Source: Chthonomonadaceae bacterium
Lineage (GTDB): Bacteria; Armatimonadota; Chthonomonadetes; Chthonomonadales; Chthonomonadaceae
Length of the DNA: 64,000 nucleotides
Assembly: GCA_035650735.1 (NCBI GenBank)
Contig: DASRGZ010000076.1
Location: forward strand, 1-64,000
Direction: 5' to 3'
A program made the position numbers and the translations under genes. Below are positions 23,855 to 33,843 of this stretch, one piece after another. The notes beneath the pieces were generated by a model. It was not told where the DNA came from. It did no database searches and was given only the letters and a program-made list of their open reading frames with translations. The stretch's first letter is position 1. Each line of letters begins with the position of its first letter.

Positions 23855-24089
23855 CTGCCTTTCCTGTTTTGGGAACAGTTTAGCAGGGAATAGCGCGTTT
23901 GTATAGAACATTGGCGATGGAAACTTGGATTTTTCCGGTATTGTAGCCATTTGTGGGCCAGTAATACCGGCCGTTCTGCGCCTTAAGCGGCCTTCCATTC
24001 CATTATTGTCAGACAGGGCGCGTGATGCACAGAAGCACCCGTTGCCCGCCGTCCACGTTTTAATGCTATTATCGACAGACAGAGGAACC

Positions 24090-25046
24090 ATGGTTACAGT
24101 AGAGAACGAGCTGCCTGTTTACAATCACCGGTTTCAGGAGTTGGCGTCCGGCTGCCCGCATACCGCCGCCGAGCATCTTCCGCTTGTCATCTGGATAGAT
24201 AACATTCACGGGTGGTTCGAGAGATTCATTAATCGCCATCTCGACTTTCTCTCGCTCTATATTGTGCGGCAGGGGCGGGGCACGCACATCATTGATGGCG
24301 AGCCTTATGGGGTGGCGCGCGGGGATGTTTATGTGATGGGACCGGGCATGGCCCACTACTTTTCCGGCTGCGAAAATCTCCAGTTGGATACGCTTCATTT
24401 TCTGCCGGAGATATTTGATTCGGCGACGCTGGGAACGCTTATGGCGACTCCGGGCTTTCGGGAACTGTTCATTGAGGGGCCGCTGCTTCGCGCGGAGAGC
24501 GGCGGTTTCCGAGGCCGCTGGCTGCATCTGACGCCGGATACCTATGCGCCCATCGCGGAAGCCGTCGCGGAACTGCGCGCGGAGTGGCAATCCGGTACGC
24601 CGAGCGGCACCCTGCTCACGCGCGGGCTGTTTCTGCGCCTGCTGGTCCATCTGGCGCGGCGCTATGCGGCCAATCAGGCTCAGACGATCTCGGCTTCCGA
24701 ACCGGCCTGCGCGCTGCACCCGGCCAATATCGCGGCGGCGGTGCGCTACATGGATGAGCACTTCACCGAGCCGCTGCGCATCGAGCAGGTCGCAGCGTCC
24801 GTGTGTCTCTCGCCGGATCGGTTTACGGAGGTCTTCTCAAAGGTGATGGGACGGACGCCGCGCGACTACCTGCGGTATCTGCGGCTGGAACGGGCCAAGA
24901 CTCTGCTCCGGGCCACCGATGCGACGGTGACCGAGGTGGCCCAGCAATCCGGCTTCGGGGAGGCGGCCTATTTTATCCGCGTGTTTCGGACGACACTGGG
25001 CCTGACGCCTGGCGCCTACCGGAAAGGCAAGCCGGGATGCCCATGA
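24090..25046 (+). CDS. AraC-family transcriptional regulator
   Basis: N-terminal cupin (HLDFLSLYIVRQGRGTH), C-terminal double HTH (VAQQSGF..YFIRVFR..TPGAYR). Confidence 0.92.
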   Translation: MVTVENELPVYNHRFQELASGCPHTAAEHLPLVIWIDNIHGWFERFINRHLDFLSLYIVRQGRGTHIIDGEPYGVARGDVYVMGPGMAHYFSGCENLQLDTLHFLPEIFDSATLGTLMATPGFRELFIEGPLLRAESGGFRGRWLHLTPDTYAPIAEAVAELRAEWQSGTPSGTLLTRGLFLRLLVHLARRYAANQAQTISASEPACALHPANIAAAVRYMDEHFTEPLRIEQVAASVCLSPDRFTEVFSKVMGRTPRDYLRYLRLERAKTLLRATDATVTEVAQQSGFGEAAYFIRVFRTTLGLTPGAYRKGKPGCP

Positions 25047-26439
25047 CGCTGCCTGTCATAGTGTGCAAGGAGGAAGAGGCGTTGGGACTTCTCTTTGGAC
25101 GGCGCACGCTGGTTCAGGCACTGCACCGCTTCTTCGGGCGCGCCCCCTACCAGTTGCCGGTGGTGAGCCACAGCTTTTTGCCGGTCGAACTGCCCAATCT
25201 ACAGATCGCGCTGGAGCAGTATGAGCAGGCACATCTGGCACAGATGCGGGTCATCGGCTACACCGGCTCGATCATGGGATTCCAGGATTCTCTGGCGAAA
25301 CTGGCGGGGCAGAAAAGCGTCATGATGAGCTCCTTCCTCGGCATGAAAATCGGACCCGTCCAGTATCGCATGGTAGATGTGGATGTAGATCAGCAGATGT
25401 CCTGCGTCGAGCGGGGAATTTTTCTAATCAAGACCGACCGGGGCAACTTCGCTGCGCACGTTCGGCGCGACGCCATGTTTCATCGTGGGGCGCTGGAACT
25501 GGAAGTGATGAGTCCGGACGAGGATCTGGCGGCAGGCTTTCTAGGGAGATTCGCCGGCGGGCGCACGAGTCGAGCGTCTACCGCGGCAAAATCCTTTCCC
25601 TGTGCTGCGGCGGCGAGCAGATCACCTTCCATCGGTTTCCAACCGTCTCTCGCGACGAGATCATCCTGCCGGAAGCGACAATGACGCTGTTGGAACGCAA
25701 CACGGTCGGCTTCTTCAAGCACGCCAACGCCCTGCGCCGCAGCGGTCGTTCCGTCAAGCGTGGACTGCTGTTTCATGGCAAGCCTGGCACCGGCAAGACC
25801 TACACCGCCAAATGGCTCGGCCAGTCGCTCCAGGGCGTCACGGTCCTGCTCATGGCCGGGGAGGAACTCTGGCTGATCAAGCAGTGCTGCCAGTTGGCGC
25901 GCATGCTGGCTCCCTCGCTGGTCATCATGGAGGATGTGGACCTGATCGCCTCGCAGCGCGACGAGCACCGCCATCCGGCCTACCCGATTTCGCTGCACCA
26001 ACTGCTCAACGAGATGGATGGCCTGGAATCGGACGCCGAGGTCATCTTTGTGCTGACCACCAACCGTCCGCAGGCGATTGAGGCCGCCATCGCCATGCGC
26101 CCCGGACGCATTGATCAGGCCATCGAGTTTCCTCTGCCAGATGCCGATTGCCGACGCCGCCTGCTCCAGCTTTACGGGCGAGGATTGGACCTTGCCCTCG
26201 ACAATACGGATCGCGTCGTTTCCAAAACAGAGGGAGCCAGTCCGGCCTTTATTAAAGAGTTGGTGCGGAAGGCGGCGCTTATCGCGGCGGAAGAGAACTC
26301 GCGGAATAACGGCACGCTGCGCCTCATGGATAATCATTTCCACCTGGCGCTAGAGGAGTTGCTGATCGGCGGTGGCGAACTGACCCGCAACCTGCTCGGA
26401 TTTGCTCCGGCCCCGCAAATGACCGCCACCGAGCCGTAA
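25043..26439 (+). pseudogene. AAA+ ATPase split by a 1-nt frameshift near 25544-25546
   Basis: First frame from ATG 25043; after CTAGGG the alternative frame reads EIRRRAHESSVYRGKILSL...RGLLFHGKPGTGKT...MEDVD...RPGRID. Confidence 0.75.
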
Positions 26440-26458
26440 TAACTCAAATAGCTATCTA

Positions 26459-28297
26459 TCATCGGGAGGCTAAGGTAAACTCGCCCATCCATTCTACCTT
26501 ATAGGCGCGGGCGTGGGTCAGGAGAGTAGATACAAGCCGGATGGTATCGCCCGCCTGTAAACGTTGCTTGCCGAAGAGGGCGGCAGGCAACCTGACAACC
26601 GCGGTGTTCCGAACGCTTTGTTCCAGGTTGGCGACATCCCTGGGACCGATCCCGACGCCCTGGAGGGTGGGCGGGCGTCCGGCTCCCAGATGGATACGCA
26701 AGGAGGGCCGCTTGCCATTGACGGTGAGTGACCACTGCATACGGTCCACTTCGGGAACGTGCTTGTCCTTATAGTAGATATCCTCGATGAAATCCGGGGC
26801 GTACAGGCCGACATACACGGCCTCTTTATCCCAGCAAAGGTACATGTCTGCGAGGGGATACCGGGATTTCGGCGGCACAAACCCGCGCTCACGGTCCCAA
26901 TAGCAAAGGGCCTCCAGCGGCTTCCAGTGCCCCATCGGCTCCTCGGGCGCAGGCGGCACGCCCGCAGTGGCGTCCGGGCGCGGCGGTGCAGGAGAGGCAT
27001 GGAGACGGTTCAGGTCCAGCATCGCAAATGCGGCTGTTATCTCCTGGTAAGGCCGGTCGTCAATATCCACCAGCCCCATGTTGTAGTTTTCTCCATCGTC
27101 ACGCCCGAACCTCGGCTCATCGTAATATTGAAACCAGTCCGCGCCGACGACGTACGGCGTGCCGGCAAGCCGCTCCAGTGTCACGCGGGCATTCACTGCG
27201 CGCTCCTTCTGCGTGGGGACCACCGGAAAGCCGGAGTTATCATTGGTATTGCCGGTGCGGTTCTCCGTTGCCGTCATGTAGAACTCGCCTACCATGATCG
27301 GCTTGCCCGTCAGGGCGTGGAGCGTATCCAGATAAAACCGAGCGAACGTGCCGTCCTTCCAGTTGGCATTCAAGTTTGTGGAGACGACATCCACATAGCG
27401 ACGCGCGGCTTGCGCGACCTCCGGGTAGTAGAAGGACTGATAACGGTCTCCGAGGAAGAGGCCCCGACGATCATATTTGCGGATAATCTGGCGCACCAGC
27501 GCATAGTAACGCTCCGCCACGAGACGGATAAAGGACTTGATCTCCTTCATGCCGTTCCCGCCGGGTCGCAGATAGAGCTTGCCGCTCCGTTCGAGCGCGG
27601 AAAAACTGTTGGCGCCCTCCGGCACAAAATCCTGGCGTAATTTCTCCCAGTCGTCGTGATAGTGGACGCGCAGTATGTGAAGCAGACGTTTCCGCTGCCC
27701 GCTCTGCGGCTTATGCTCCAGCGTCATCTTGAAGAGCGCGGCATTCCACCAACCCATCTCATTATCGCTATAGTAGCCGAGAAGGTGGGGGTCATCGCGC
27801 ACCGGAAGTATCTGCTTCCTGGCGACCTCTTCCATGGTATGGATGATTTTGGGATCCCACATATCCCACCAGGGCGCGCCCGCTGAGGAACCGACATGAA
27901 GTACCAGTGTATAGGGCCTATCCATGTGCTGGGAGCGCTTCAAGGTGGCATAGTCGCTCCAGCCACCGATGGTCGTAAAGCCCCAGGACTTCAGCCGTTC
28001 CAGCGTCATATCGGCCCAGGAGACGGCATCCGGATAGTGCTGCCAGGCCGCGTAACCGGGATTTTTCCCGTTATATTCAAGCCAGGAAGCGCCCGGATTG
28101 ACGCAGCAGACGCCCAGAGAAAAGAACGGCTTTCCTTCCGGCGTTACCAGCCACCACACGCCCTCATGGAGTCGAAGGGTGAAGGGAGCGCCCGCCTTAT
28201 CCAGTCTGGGTGGCGCTTGTGAGGCGCTTGCTGCGCCCACAGGAGAGCTGCAAAGCGTCATCAAGGAGAGTGTGAACAAGGCAAAGAAGTGGTACAT
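26459..28297 (-). CDS. Secreted glycoside hydrolase, beta-agarase/GH50-like
   Basis: Signal peptide; WWLVTPEG..FFSLG, RLKSWGFTTIGGWS, LGYYSDNE, VGADWFQYYD, GENYNMG. Confidence 0.8.
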   Translation of the reverse strand: MYHFFALFTLSLMTLCSSPVGAASASQAPPRLDKAGAPFTLRLHEGVWWLVTPEGKPFFSLGVCCVNPGASWLEYNGKNPGYAAWQHYPDAVSWADMTLERLKSWGFTTIGGWSDYATLKRSQHMDRPYTLVLHVGSSAGAPWWDMWDPKIIHTMEEVARKQILPVRDDPHLLGYYSDNEMGWWNAALFKMTLEHKPQSGQRKRLLHILRVHYHDDWEKLRQDFVPEGANSFSALERSGKLYLRPGGNGMKEIKSFIRLVAERYYALVRQIIRKYDRRGLFLGDRYQSFYYPEVAQAARRYVDVVSTNLNANWKDGTFARFYLDTLHALTGKPIMVGEFYMTATENRTGNTNDNSGFPVVPTQKERAVNARVTLERLAGTPYVVGADWFQYYDEPRFGRDDGENYNMGLVDIDDRPYQEITAAFAMLDLNRLHASPAPPRPDATAGVPPAPEEPMGHWKPLEALCYWDRERGFVPPKSRYPLADMYLCWDKEAVYVGLYAPDFIEDIYYKDKHVPEVDRMQWSLTVNGKRPSLRIHLGAGRPPTLQGVGIGPRDVANLEQSVRNTAVVRLPAALFGKQRLQAGDTIRLVSTLLTHARAYKVEWMGEFTLASR

Positions 28298-28405
28298 CAG
28301 GGATCGATCCAGGGCTAAAAAACCTATGAGTATGCCTAACCCCCCGTCCCCCTTCCCTACGAGGGAAGGGGGTGACCCAACTTTTCCTCTCTCCTCTGCT
28401 TGAGA

Positions 28406-28639
28406 AGTTCAGGGGCGGACAGTCGCTGTTAGCGACGGAATAGAATTCCTTCGCTCTGTGGCGTCCCGCCCAGTGACTGCAAGGGTCGAGCCTCAACGGT
28501 TCGGCCTTCCGCCTTGCGACACCTACGCGGACACGTACCGACTGAGAGACTGGTAGGTCTCCCCGTAGGGGGAGACTGGGCCGGAGGCCACCCAGCGAAG
28601 GCTTTAGCCCGTCGAACAATAAGTGTCCGCCCTTGAACC
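28406..28639. mobile_element. ~234-bp non-autonomous MITE inserted in a REP hairpin loop
   Basis: TIRs AGTTCAGGGGCGGACAGT / GGTTCAAGGGCGGACACT; direct repeat TTGAGA at 28400-28405 and 28640-28645. Confidence 0.75.
28476..28519 (+). mobile_element. Single unit of the 45-bp hairpin element inside the MITE
   Basis: ACTGCAAGGGTC-GAGCC-TCAACGGTTC-GGCCT-TCCG-CCTTGCGA. Confidence 0.7.
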
Positions 28640-28714
28640 TTGAGAAGGAGAGAGGTCGGGGGTGAGATCTTCTAGGTTGAGGGCTTTTGTCACAGTCTGT
28701 AGTGTGTGCTGCCG

Positions 28715-29011
28715 TTATCTGTTCGGAGGCCCGCCGGGATTGGCGTGCATTTTGCCTCCTTTTGCCATCAGCATCATCTTCGCGGATTGCTCGCTGCCGT
28801 GAGCCACCTCGTTGACCAGGTAGTCCCGGTCGGCCTGGGAGACTTTGTCCCAGTCGCCGCCAGACTTCTTGGCTATCTCGTCGAGCCGATCTACAGTCTG
28901 TCTCTGCTTGGGGGACAACCCGTCATCCTCCCGATGGCAGCCCGCAACCGGGACCGATACGAGGCAGGCCGCCAGGAGGATAACAGCGCCCCGACAACTC
29001 ACTTTTTTCAT
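28715..29011 (-). CDS. Small lipoprotein downstream of DUF1559 gene
   Basis: MKK + hydrophobic core + lipobox VAGC. Confidence 0.8.
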   Translation of the reverse strand: MKKVSCRGAVILLAACLVSVPVAGCHREDDGLSPKQRQTVDRLDEIAKKSGGDWDKVSQADRDYLVNEVAHGSEQSAKMMLMAKGGKMHANPGGPPNR

Positions 29012-29023
29012 TCCAAGCGACTC

Positions 29024-29827
29024 CTACTGTGCGTTCGGCGCGTTAACGATCCAGCGTTTCCCATCGAGCAGATCGGCGGGACGCAGGGCCTTAGCGTGTC
29101 CGTCGCTGAGCAGGAAGTTGGCCCCGCCGGAATGCTTGCGCCAGGCTCGATACCAGTTATCCGAGGGACTCGCGTAGGCAAACAGATAGACAATCCAGTC
29201 CCCATAGATGTCGGCGCCGACGTAGCACCAGTCTATCTCGTTATTAAGCCACTGCCCGCATCCGTAAAGGCTGTCGTAGTATTCCTTCCTGCCTTCTGAC
29301 AGCATCACCATGTCGGCAGGAGCGGCAACGGCAGCCAGAGCGGTCGCACCGACCTGCACCCCGCCGAATTCCGGGCCAAAAGTGAACAGGCCCTGCGGAT
29401 TGTCCACGCCCCACATCGGCCAAAACGGGCTGATGGCGTTGGCGAGGTAGGTAATCGGGACCGGCTCGCGGTTAGGCGGGAGGCCGTAATAGGCGGCATC
29501 GTGTCCGGCGCTGAAGCTGTCGGAAGGACAGCGATAGATGTCCTTGTTCTTTATGTAGGGCTGGATGCAGAGCTGACTGCTCCACATGTAATAGTTGCTG
29601 AAAGGCGTGCTGGAGTTCCAGAACTCGGCCTTGGGGAACGTCTCGTCGTAGTCCTGGACGTACATTTGAACCGCTAGGCCAGTCTGCTTGAGGTTAGAAA
29701 GACAGGAGGTCTGTCGTGCCTTTTCCCTGGCCTGGGCAAAAACCGGAAACAGGATCGCCGCTAAGATGGCGATAATAGCAATAACGACGAGAAGTTCAAT
29801 GAGCGTGAAAGCGCATCTGCGAGACAT
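29024..29827 (-). CDS. Prepilin-type/DUF1559 protein with H-X9-DG motif
   Basis: [60 protein letters not shown]. Confidence 0.93.
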   Translation of the reverse strand: MSRRCAFTLIELLVVIAIIAILAAILFPVFAQAREKARQTSCLSNLKQTGLAVQMYVQDYDETFPKAEFWNSSTPFSNYYMWSSQLCIQPYIKNKDIYRCPSDSFSAGHDAAYYGLPPNREPVPITYLANAISPFWPMWGVDNPQGLFTFGPEFGGVQVGATALAAVAAPADMVMLSEGRKEYYDSLYGCGQWLNNEIDWCYVGADIYGDWIVYLFAYASPSDNWYRAWRKHSGGANFLLSDGHAKALRPADLLDGKRWIVNAPNAQ

Positions 29828-29855
29828 GATATTGCTCCTTAAGCACGGCGGGACC

Positions 29856-30893
29856 TCAGTAGGATGAGATCGGGCCGCTGGATTCACGAACACTCAAGCG
29901 AACCGGCAAGACAGGCTGGCGGTCGGCCACTTCTCGGCCTTCTACCAGTGCGATAAGCATCTGTGCGGCAAGCACGCCCATCTCATAGATCGGCATATAG
30001 ACGCTTGTCAGCGGGGGGTGAGTCATGGTTGCAAACCAGGTATCATCGTACCCGACCAGGGCCATATCCTCCGGTACGCGCAGGCCGCGTTCCCGTAAGG
30101 CGTGCATCGCACCCTCGGCGCACAGGTCGTTGGCAGCGAAGATGGCGGTCGGATGTTGGGAAGAGGGACGTTCTAGCAGCGTTCGTATGGCCTCATATCC
30201 ATTTTGCCAGTCGAAGCCTGCCGGAACAAGCAGCGCTGGATCGGCCTGAATGCCCGCCGCCGCCAGCGCCGCAAGGTAGCCCTGTTTGCGCGGCTCCGTC
30301 GTCGCGATGCCTGGAGTGCCAACCAGATGCGCGATGCGCCAATGCCCCAATTCTAAAAGGTGCTCCGTCGCCAGCCTTCCGCCGGTAAATTCATCGGCGT
30401 TGACCGTATAAACATCGTCCGAATCCGGCTCATAGACGATTGCAACGCACGGAAACCCTTCCCGCAGGCAGCGCGCGATCACAGGGCTATGCGGTGACGG
30501 GAGAACCAGCAGCAGCCCATCCACCCGGGGATCTAGCAGCGCGCTCTCCTCCACGGTGCTCCAATCATCGCCGAGTGCGGTATGCAGCATCAGGTTGTAG
30601 CGCTCCCGCACCACTTCCTCAAAGACGCCCGACATCACCTGCGTGCAGAAGGGATTGCGGTCTATGAACGCGCCGGAGTAGGGGAATACAAGCCCGAGCA
30701 CGCCGGTCTTGCGCGTGACCAGGCTGCGGGCAATCGGGTTGGGCGTATAGCCAAGTTCTTTGGCTACTGCCCAGATACGTTCCCGGGTCGCCTGCCCGAC
30801 CCGGATCGTATGCCGCCCCTTGCCGTTGAGCACTTCCGAGACTGCTGACACGGAGGCACCGGCCCGTTTTGCCACATCACGCAGAGTCGCCAT
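29856..30893 (-). CDS. LacI-family transcriptional regulator
   Basis: [49 protein letters not shown]. Confidence 0.95.
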   Translation of the reverse strand: MATLRDVAKRAGASVSAVSEVLNGKGRHTIRVGQATRERIWAVAKELGYTPNPIARSLVTRKTGVLGLVFPYSGAFIDRNPFCTQVMSGVFEEVVRERYNLMLHTALGDDWSTVEESALLDPRVDGLLLVLPSPHSPVIARCLREGFPCVAIVYEPDSDDVYTVNADEFTGGRLATEHLLELGHWRIAHLVGTPGIATTEPRKQGYLAALAAAGIQADPALLVPAGFDWQNGYEAIRTLLERPSSQHPTAIFAANDLCAEGAMHALRERGLRVPEDMALVGYDDTWFATMTHPPLTSVYMPIYEMGVLAAQMLIALVEGREVADRQPVLPVRLSVRESSGPISSY

Positions 30894-30916
30894 TCACTTC
30901 CATCCTATCGGCCCAT

Positions 30917-30972
30917 GATAGAACGTTCTATCTTCTTATAAAGAAGTGTAGCACATTTTTGCGATTTGTCAA
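30917..30972 (-). promoter_or_regulatory. Promoter and LacI-type operator for the lacI-DUF1559 unit
   Basis: Perfect 16-bp palindrome GATAGAACGTTCTATC (30917-30932); minus strand TTGACA, 16 bp, TGc-TACACT. Confidence 0.75.
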
Positions 30973-31083
30973 GTGGAAGCGCGAGATTTAGCGCAAACCT
31001 TTTGCGCAGGAGGAGAAACGGCCCAGGTGGTACAACCTTTATAGGACGAAGTTCAACCTCATCCCAAAAGAGACACAGCCACC

Positions 31084-33840
31084 ATGTATACCGCCCATGT
31101 CGTTTCGCATACCCACTGGGACCGCGAATGGTATCGCCCGTTCCAGGAGTTCCGCTGGCGGCTCGTCGAGATGATGGATTTCCTGATCGACCTGCTGGAA
31201 ACGAACCCCGACTACCGGCATTTCTATCTCGACGGGCAGACGATTGTGCTGGAAGACTATCTGGCGATACGCCCGGAAAACCGCGAGCGCCTGCAAGAGC
31301 TTCTTGACAGCGGGCGGCTTTACGTCGGCCCCTGGTACATTCAGCCGGACGAGTTTCTGGTCAGTGGGGAGGCGATCATTCGGAACCTGCTTCTGGGACG
31401 GCGGCAGTGCGCGGCATGGGGCAACTATACCCGCGTCGGCTACGCGCCGGACGCTTTCGGCCATATCTCACAGACCCCTCAGATTTTGCGCGGCTTCGGC
31501 ATAGACAACGCCGTGCTGTTTCGCGGCATCACGACCGACCAGGTGGACAGCGAGTTCCTCTGGCGTTCGCCGGATGGTTCCGAAGTCCTCGGCATCAAAA
31601 TGCCCGACGATACGGCCTACAGCAACTTCTTCTACCACTTCCGCCAGACGCTCTCCCACACTCCCCTCTCCTTGCTAAGGAGAGGGGCCGGGGGTGAAGT
31701 CTCTCCCCTCTCCCGCAGCGTGGGAGAGGGGCCAGGGGTGAGGGCAGATGGGGGAGAGTTGGATCGGGAGCAGGTATTGCAGGAGGCGCGCTCGCTCTAC
31801 GAGGAGTCGCTGGCGCAGCGTCCGAACACGAATCATCTGCTCTGGATGGACGGCGTAGACCATATCTTCCCGCAGCCCCGCACGCCGCAGATCATCGCCA
31901 TCGTCAACGAGGGTATGTCCGGCGAGGTCCGCGCCATTCACAGCACGCTGCCGGAGTTCATCGCCGCCGTCCGCGCGGCCCATCCCGAACTCAAAGCCGT
32001 GACCGGCGAACTGCGGCATAGCAACCGCTGCTGGCGGCTCCAGGCTCTCCTTGCCGGCGTCGCCTCCTCCCGCATTCATCTCAAGCAGCGCAATCACGCC
32101 TGCGAAACCCTGCTGGAGCGTTACGCCGAACCCTACGCCGCTATCGCTTCGCGTCTCGGCAAGCCGTACCCAACCGATTTCCTCAACCTCGCCTGGAAAT
32201 ACCTGCTCCAGAACCAACCCCACGACTCCATCTGCGGCTGTTCGATTGACCAGGTACATATGGATATGCTCTACCGCTATGACCAGTGCGAGATCCTAGC
32301 CGAGAAGATCGGGCGGGACAGCCTGAGCCATATTGCCTCGCAGATCAACACGTCTGCGCCGATATCGCCCTCGTCTCCGTCCGATGCGCCCGTCAAGCCG
32401 CTCATGCCCGACCCGCTCTGCGCCCTGGTCGTGTTTAATCCGCTCGCCTGGCCGCGCACGGAAGTCGTGGAGACGGTCGTCGAAATCCCGGCCCATCTCG
32501 CTCCCCAGGATGGGGAGATCGCTATTCGCGGCCCACAGGGCGATGCCGTCCCCTGCACCTTCGGCGTGCCTATGAAGGACAGCCACACGCTTAACCAGAC
32601 GCCGTTTGATATTCCCGTTGGCGAGAGGCACAAACGATGGAAAGTCCGCTTTCCTGCCGCTGTCCCCGCCTTCGGCTACCAAACCTACTTCGTTACTCCT
32701 GAATCTCCTGCTCAATTTCCCCCAGCCGTTGTGGTCGGCGAGCGCAGCATCGAGAACGCTTTCCTGAAGCTGGAGATCGCATGGGATCATACTTTGACCG
32801 TTCTGGATAAGGAGACAGGGGCCAAATTTACCGGAGGTCTGGTGTTTGAGCTGAGCGGCGACAATGGCGACGGATACAACTATGTCAAGCCGGAGAACGA
32901 TGAGATAGTTTATTCGGGCATCGGTCAGTTTTTACGACCTGATGCTGATGAAAATGGAGGGTATCAGGCTGCAACACTGACCCTCCACTCTGATACTGTT
33001 CGTATTCATGGGGATACAGAAAAGAACCTCCTCGCCAGCGGGGCAATTTGGGTCGTTATTCGCCTGGATGCAGTCTCCCGTTATGCAAAGGTTGAAGTGG
33101 ATACAAACCGCCACAACTTTCATAACTTTCGGCTGCGAATGCTGTTCCCGTCGGGGAGGAAGGACGCGACGCACTCCCACGCGGAACAGGCCTTCGATGT
33201 GGTGGAGAGAAGCATTGCGCTGCCGGACTGCACGGGCTGGAAAGAGCCGCAGCCGGGCACGTACCCGATGAAGACCTTCGTGGACGTGAGCGATGGGAAG
33301 GTAGGCTTCGCGGTTATCAACAAGGGAATGCCGGAGTATGAGGTCAAGGACGATGCGCAGCGCACGCTGGCCTTGACGCTGCTGCGCGCCGTCGGCAATG
33401 GGGTCGGCACGCCGGAACAGCAGAAAGAGGGCCAGATGCCGGGCGCGTACACATTCGAGTACGCCCTCTACCCGCACGCCGGCGATTGGGAGCAGGGCCG
33501 CGTCTGGCAGGAGGGGCACAGCTTTAACGTGCCCCTGCGCGCCGTTCAGACCGATCTCCACGAGGGGCCGCTGCCGAGGGCGCACTCCTTCTTCCGGGTC
33601 GGGCCGGAGACGCTGGTTCCGACCGCCCTCAAGCTGAGCGAGGACGGCCAGGCCCTTATCTTCCGCGCCTTCAACATCGGCTCTGAGCCGCTCACGCCCG
33701 AAGTCCGGCCCTCGGATGTGCTAAACCTGGCCGCTCCGACGCGCGTGCGCCTGGACGAAGAACCTGATCCAGAAGCGGCGGAGACTCTGCCACCCAAGCG
33801 CATTGCGACGTGGCGGTTTGAAGCGAAGGCTGAGGGGTAG
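31084..33840 (+). CDS. GH38 alpha-mannosidase (MngB-like)
   Basis: HTHWDREWY, LDGQT, GPWYIQPDE, PDAFGH, QPHDSICGCS. Confidence 0.93.
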   Translation: MYTAHVVSHTHWDREWYRPFQEFRWRLVEMMDFLIDLLETNPDYRHFYLDGQTIVLEDYLAIRPENRERLQELLDSGRLYVGPWYIQPDEFLVSGEAIIRNLLLGRRQCAAWGNYTRVGYAPDAFGHISQTPQILRGFGIDNAVLFRGITTDQVDSEFLWRSPDGSEVLGIKMPDDTAYSNFFYHFRQTLSHTPLSLLRRGAGGEVSPLSRSVGEGPGVRADGGELDREQVLQEARSLYEESLAQRPNTNHLLWMDGVDHIFPQPRTPQIIAIVNEGMSGEVRAIHSTLPEFIAAVRAAHPELKAVTGELRHSNRCWRLQALLAGVASSRIHLKQRNHACETLLERYAEPYAAIASRLGKPYPTDFLNLAWKYLLQNQPHDSICGCSIDQVHMDMLYRYDQCEILAEKIGRDSLSHIASQINTSAPISPSSPSDAPVKPLMPDPLCALVVFNPLAWPRTEVVETVVEIPAHLAPQDGEIAIRGPQGDAVPCTFGVPMKDSHTLNQTPFDIPVGERHKRWKVRFPAAVPAFGYQTYFVTPESPAQFPPAVVVGERSIENAFLKLEIAWDHTLTVLDKETGAKFTGGLVFELSGDNGDGYNYVKPENDEIVYSGIGQFLRPDADENGGYQAATLTLHSDTVRIHGDTEKNLLASGAIWVVIRLDAVSRYAKVEVDTNRHNFHNFRLRMLFPSGRKDATHSHAEQAFDVVERSIALPDCTGWKEPQPGTYPMKTFVDVSDGKVGFAVINKGMPEYEVKDDAQRTLALTLLRAVGNGVGTPEQQKEGQMPGAYTFEYALYPHAGDWEQGRVWQEGHSFNVPLRAVQTDLHEGPLPRAHSFFRVGPETLVPTALKLSEDGQALIFRAFNIGSEPLTPEVRPSDVLNLAAPTRVRLDEEPDPEAAETLPPKRIATWRFEAKAEG

Positions 33841-33843
33841 GGC

